From: Fistulifera solaris
Taxonomy: Eukaryota
DNA: 64,000 nucleotides
Direction: 5' to 3'
Assembly (NCBI GenBank): GCA_030295235.1
Contig: AP026123.1
Location: 744,001-808,000 of the forward strand
The translations under genes were made by a program, and so were the position numbers. Shown piece after piece: positions 63,734 through 64,000 of the stretch. The notes beneath the pieces are model-generated. The model saw only the letters and a list, made by a program, of their open reading frames with translations, ran no database searches and had not been told where the DNA came from. Positions within the stretch are counted from its first letter, which is position 1, and each line of letters opens with the position of its first letter.

Positions 63734-64000
63734 TCATTGTAAATCCGCCGCTTTCAGACTCCATTCACTGGCGACCTTCATTTTCCCTGCGTTCACAGCT
63801 TCGTCGGCAGCAAGCTCATACAATCTAGAAGCTTCGTCAATTCTGCCCAGCCTTTCCTTTACTTGTGCTAGGTCTGCAATCAGATCATATGTTTCTATTG
63901 CGAATTTATCGTCGTCTTCACCCTCGCCACCGAAAGCCTCCTCGTCTGATAAGGGGCCGCCTAAAGTTGTCTGAGTGGCTGTCGGAGGGATTACTAAACG
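63734..64000 (-). CDS. 3' end of a gene running off the window; helical C-terminus reminiscent of eEF2 kinase SEL1-like tail
   Basis: 89 open codons ending ..LYELAADEAVNAGKMKVASEWSLKAADLQ*. Confidence 0.5.
   Translation of the reverse strand, partial: RLVIPPTATQTTLGGPLSDEEAFGGEGEDDDKFAIETYDLIADLAQVKERLGRIDEASRLYELAADEAVNAGKMKVASEWSLKAADLQ

Overview
Gene-dense eukaryotic DNA, most likely from a diatom (inferred from short GT-AG introns, bipartite signal+'F/W' plastid presequences and Pro-Val secreted proteins). It holds about 25 protein-coding loci. Many are split by 1-bp indels in homopolymer runs, probably uncorrected long-read errors. Highlights: (1) an ATXR3/SDG2-like SET methyltransferase gene ending in seven tandem Tudor/chromo-barrel-like repeats, each preceded by a phase-1 intron at the same position; (2) a PRXL2/SelU-like gene with an in-frame TGA in a UxxC motif and a SECIS-like 3' hairpin, i.e. 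a candidate plastid selenoprotein missed by the ORF track; (3) three arrays of one ~52-bp palindromic, heat-shock-element-like monomer, two organised as 7-mer higher-order repeats; (4) three short non-autonomous Helitron-like elements; (5) two further tandem arrays (241 bp; 2x212 bp), each followed by the same unexplained conserved bipartite motif; (6) a BIN4-like gene, a DGQHR-motif gene, and inverted paralog pairs. All family assignments are from motif recognition by eye; no searches were run.
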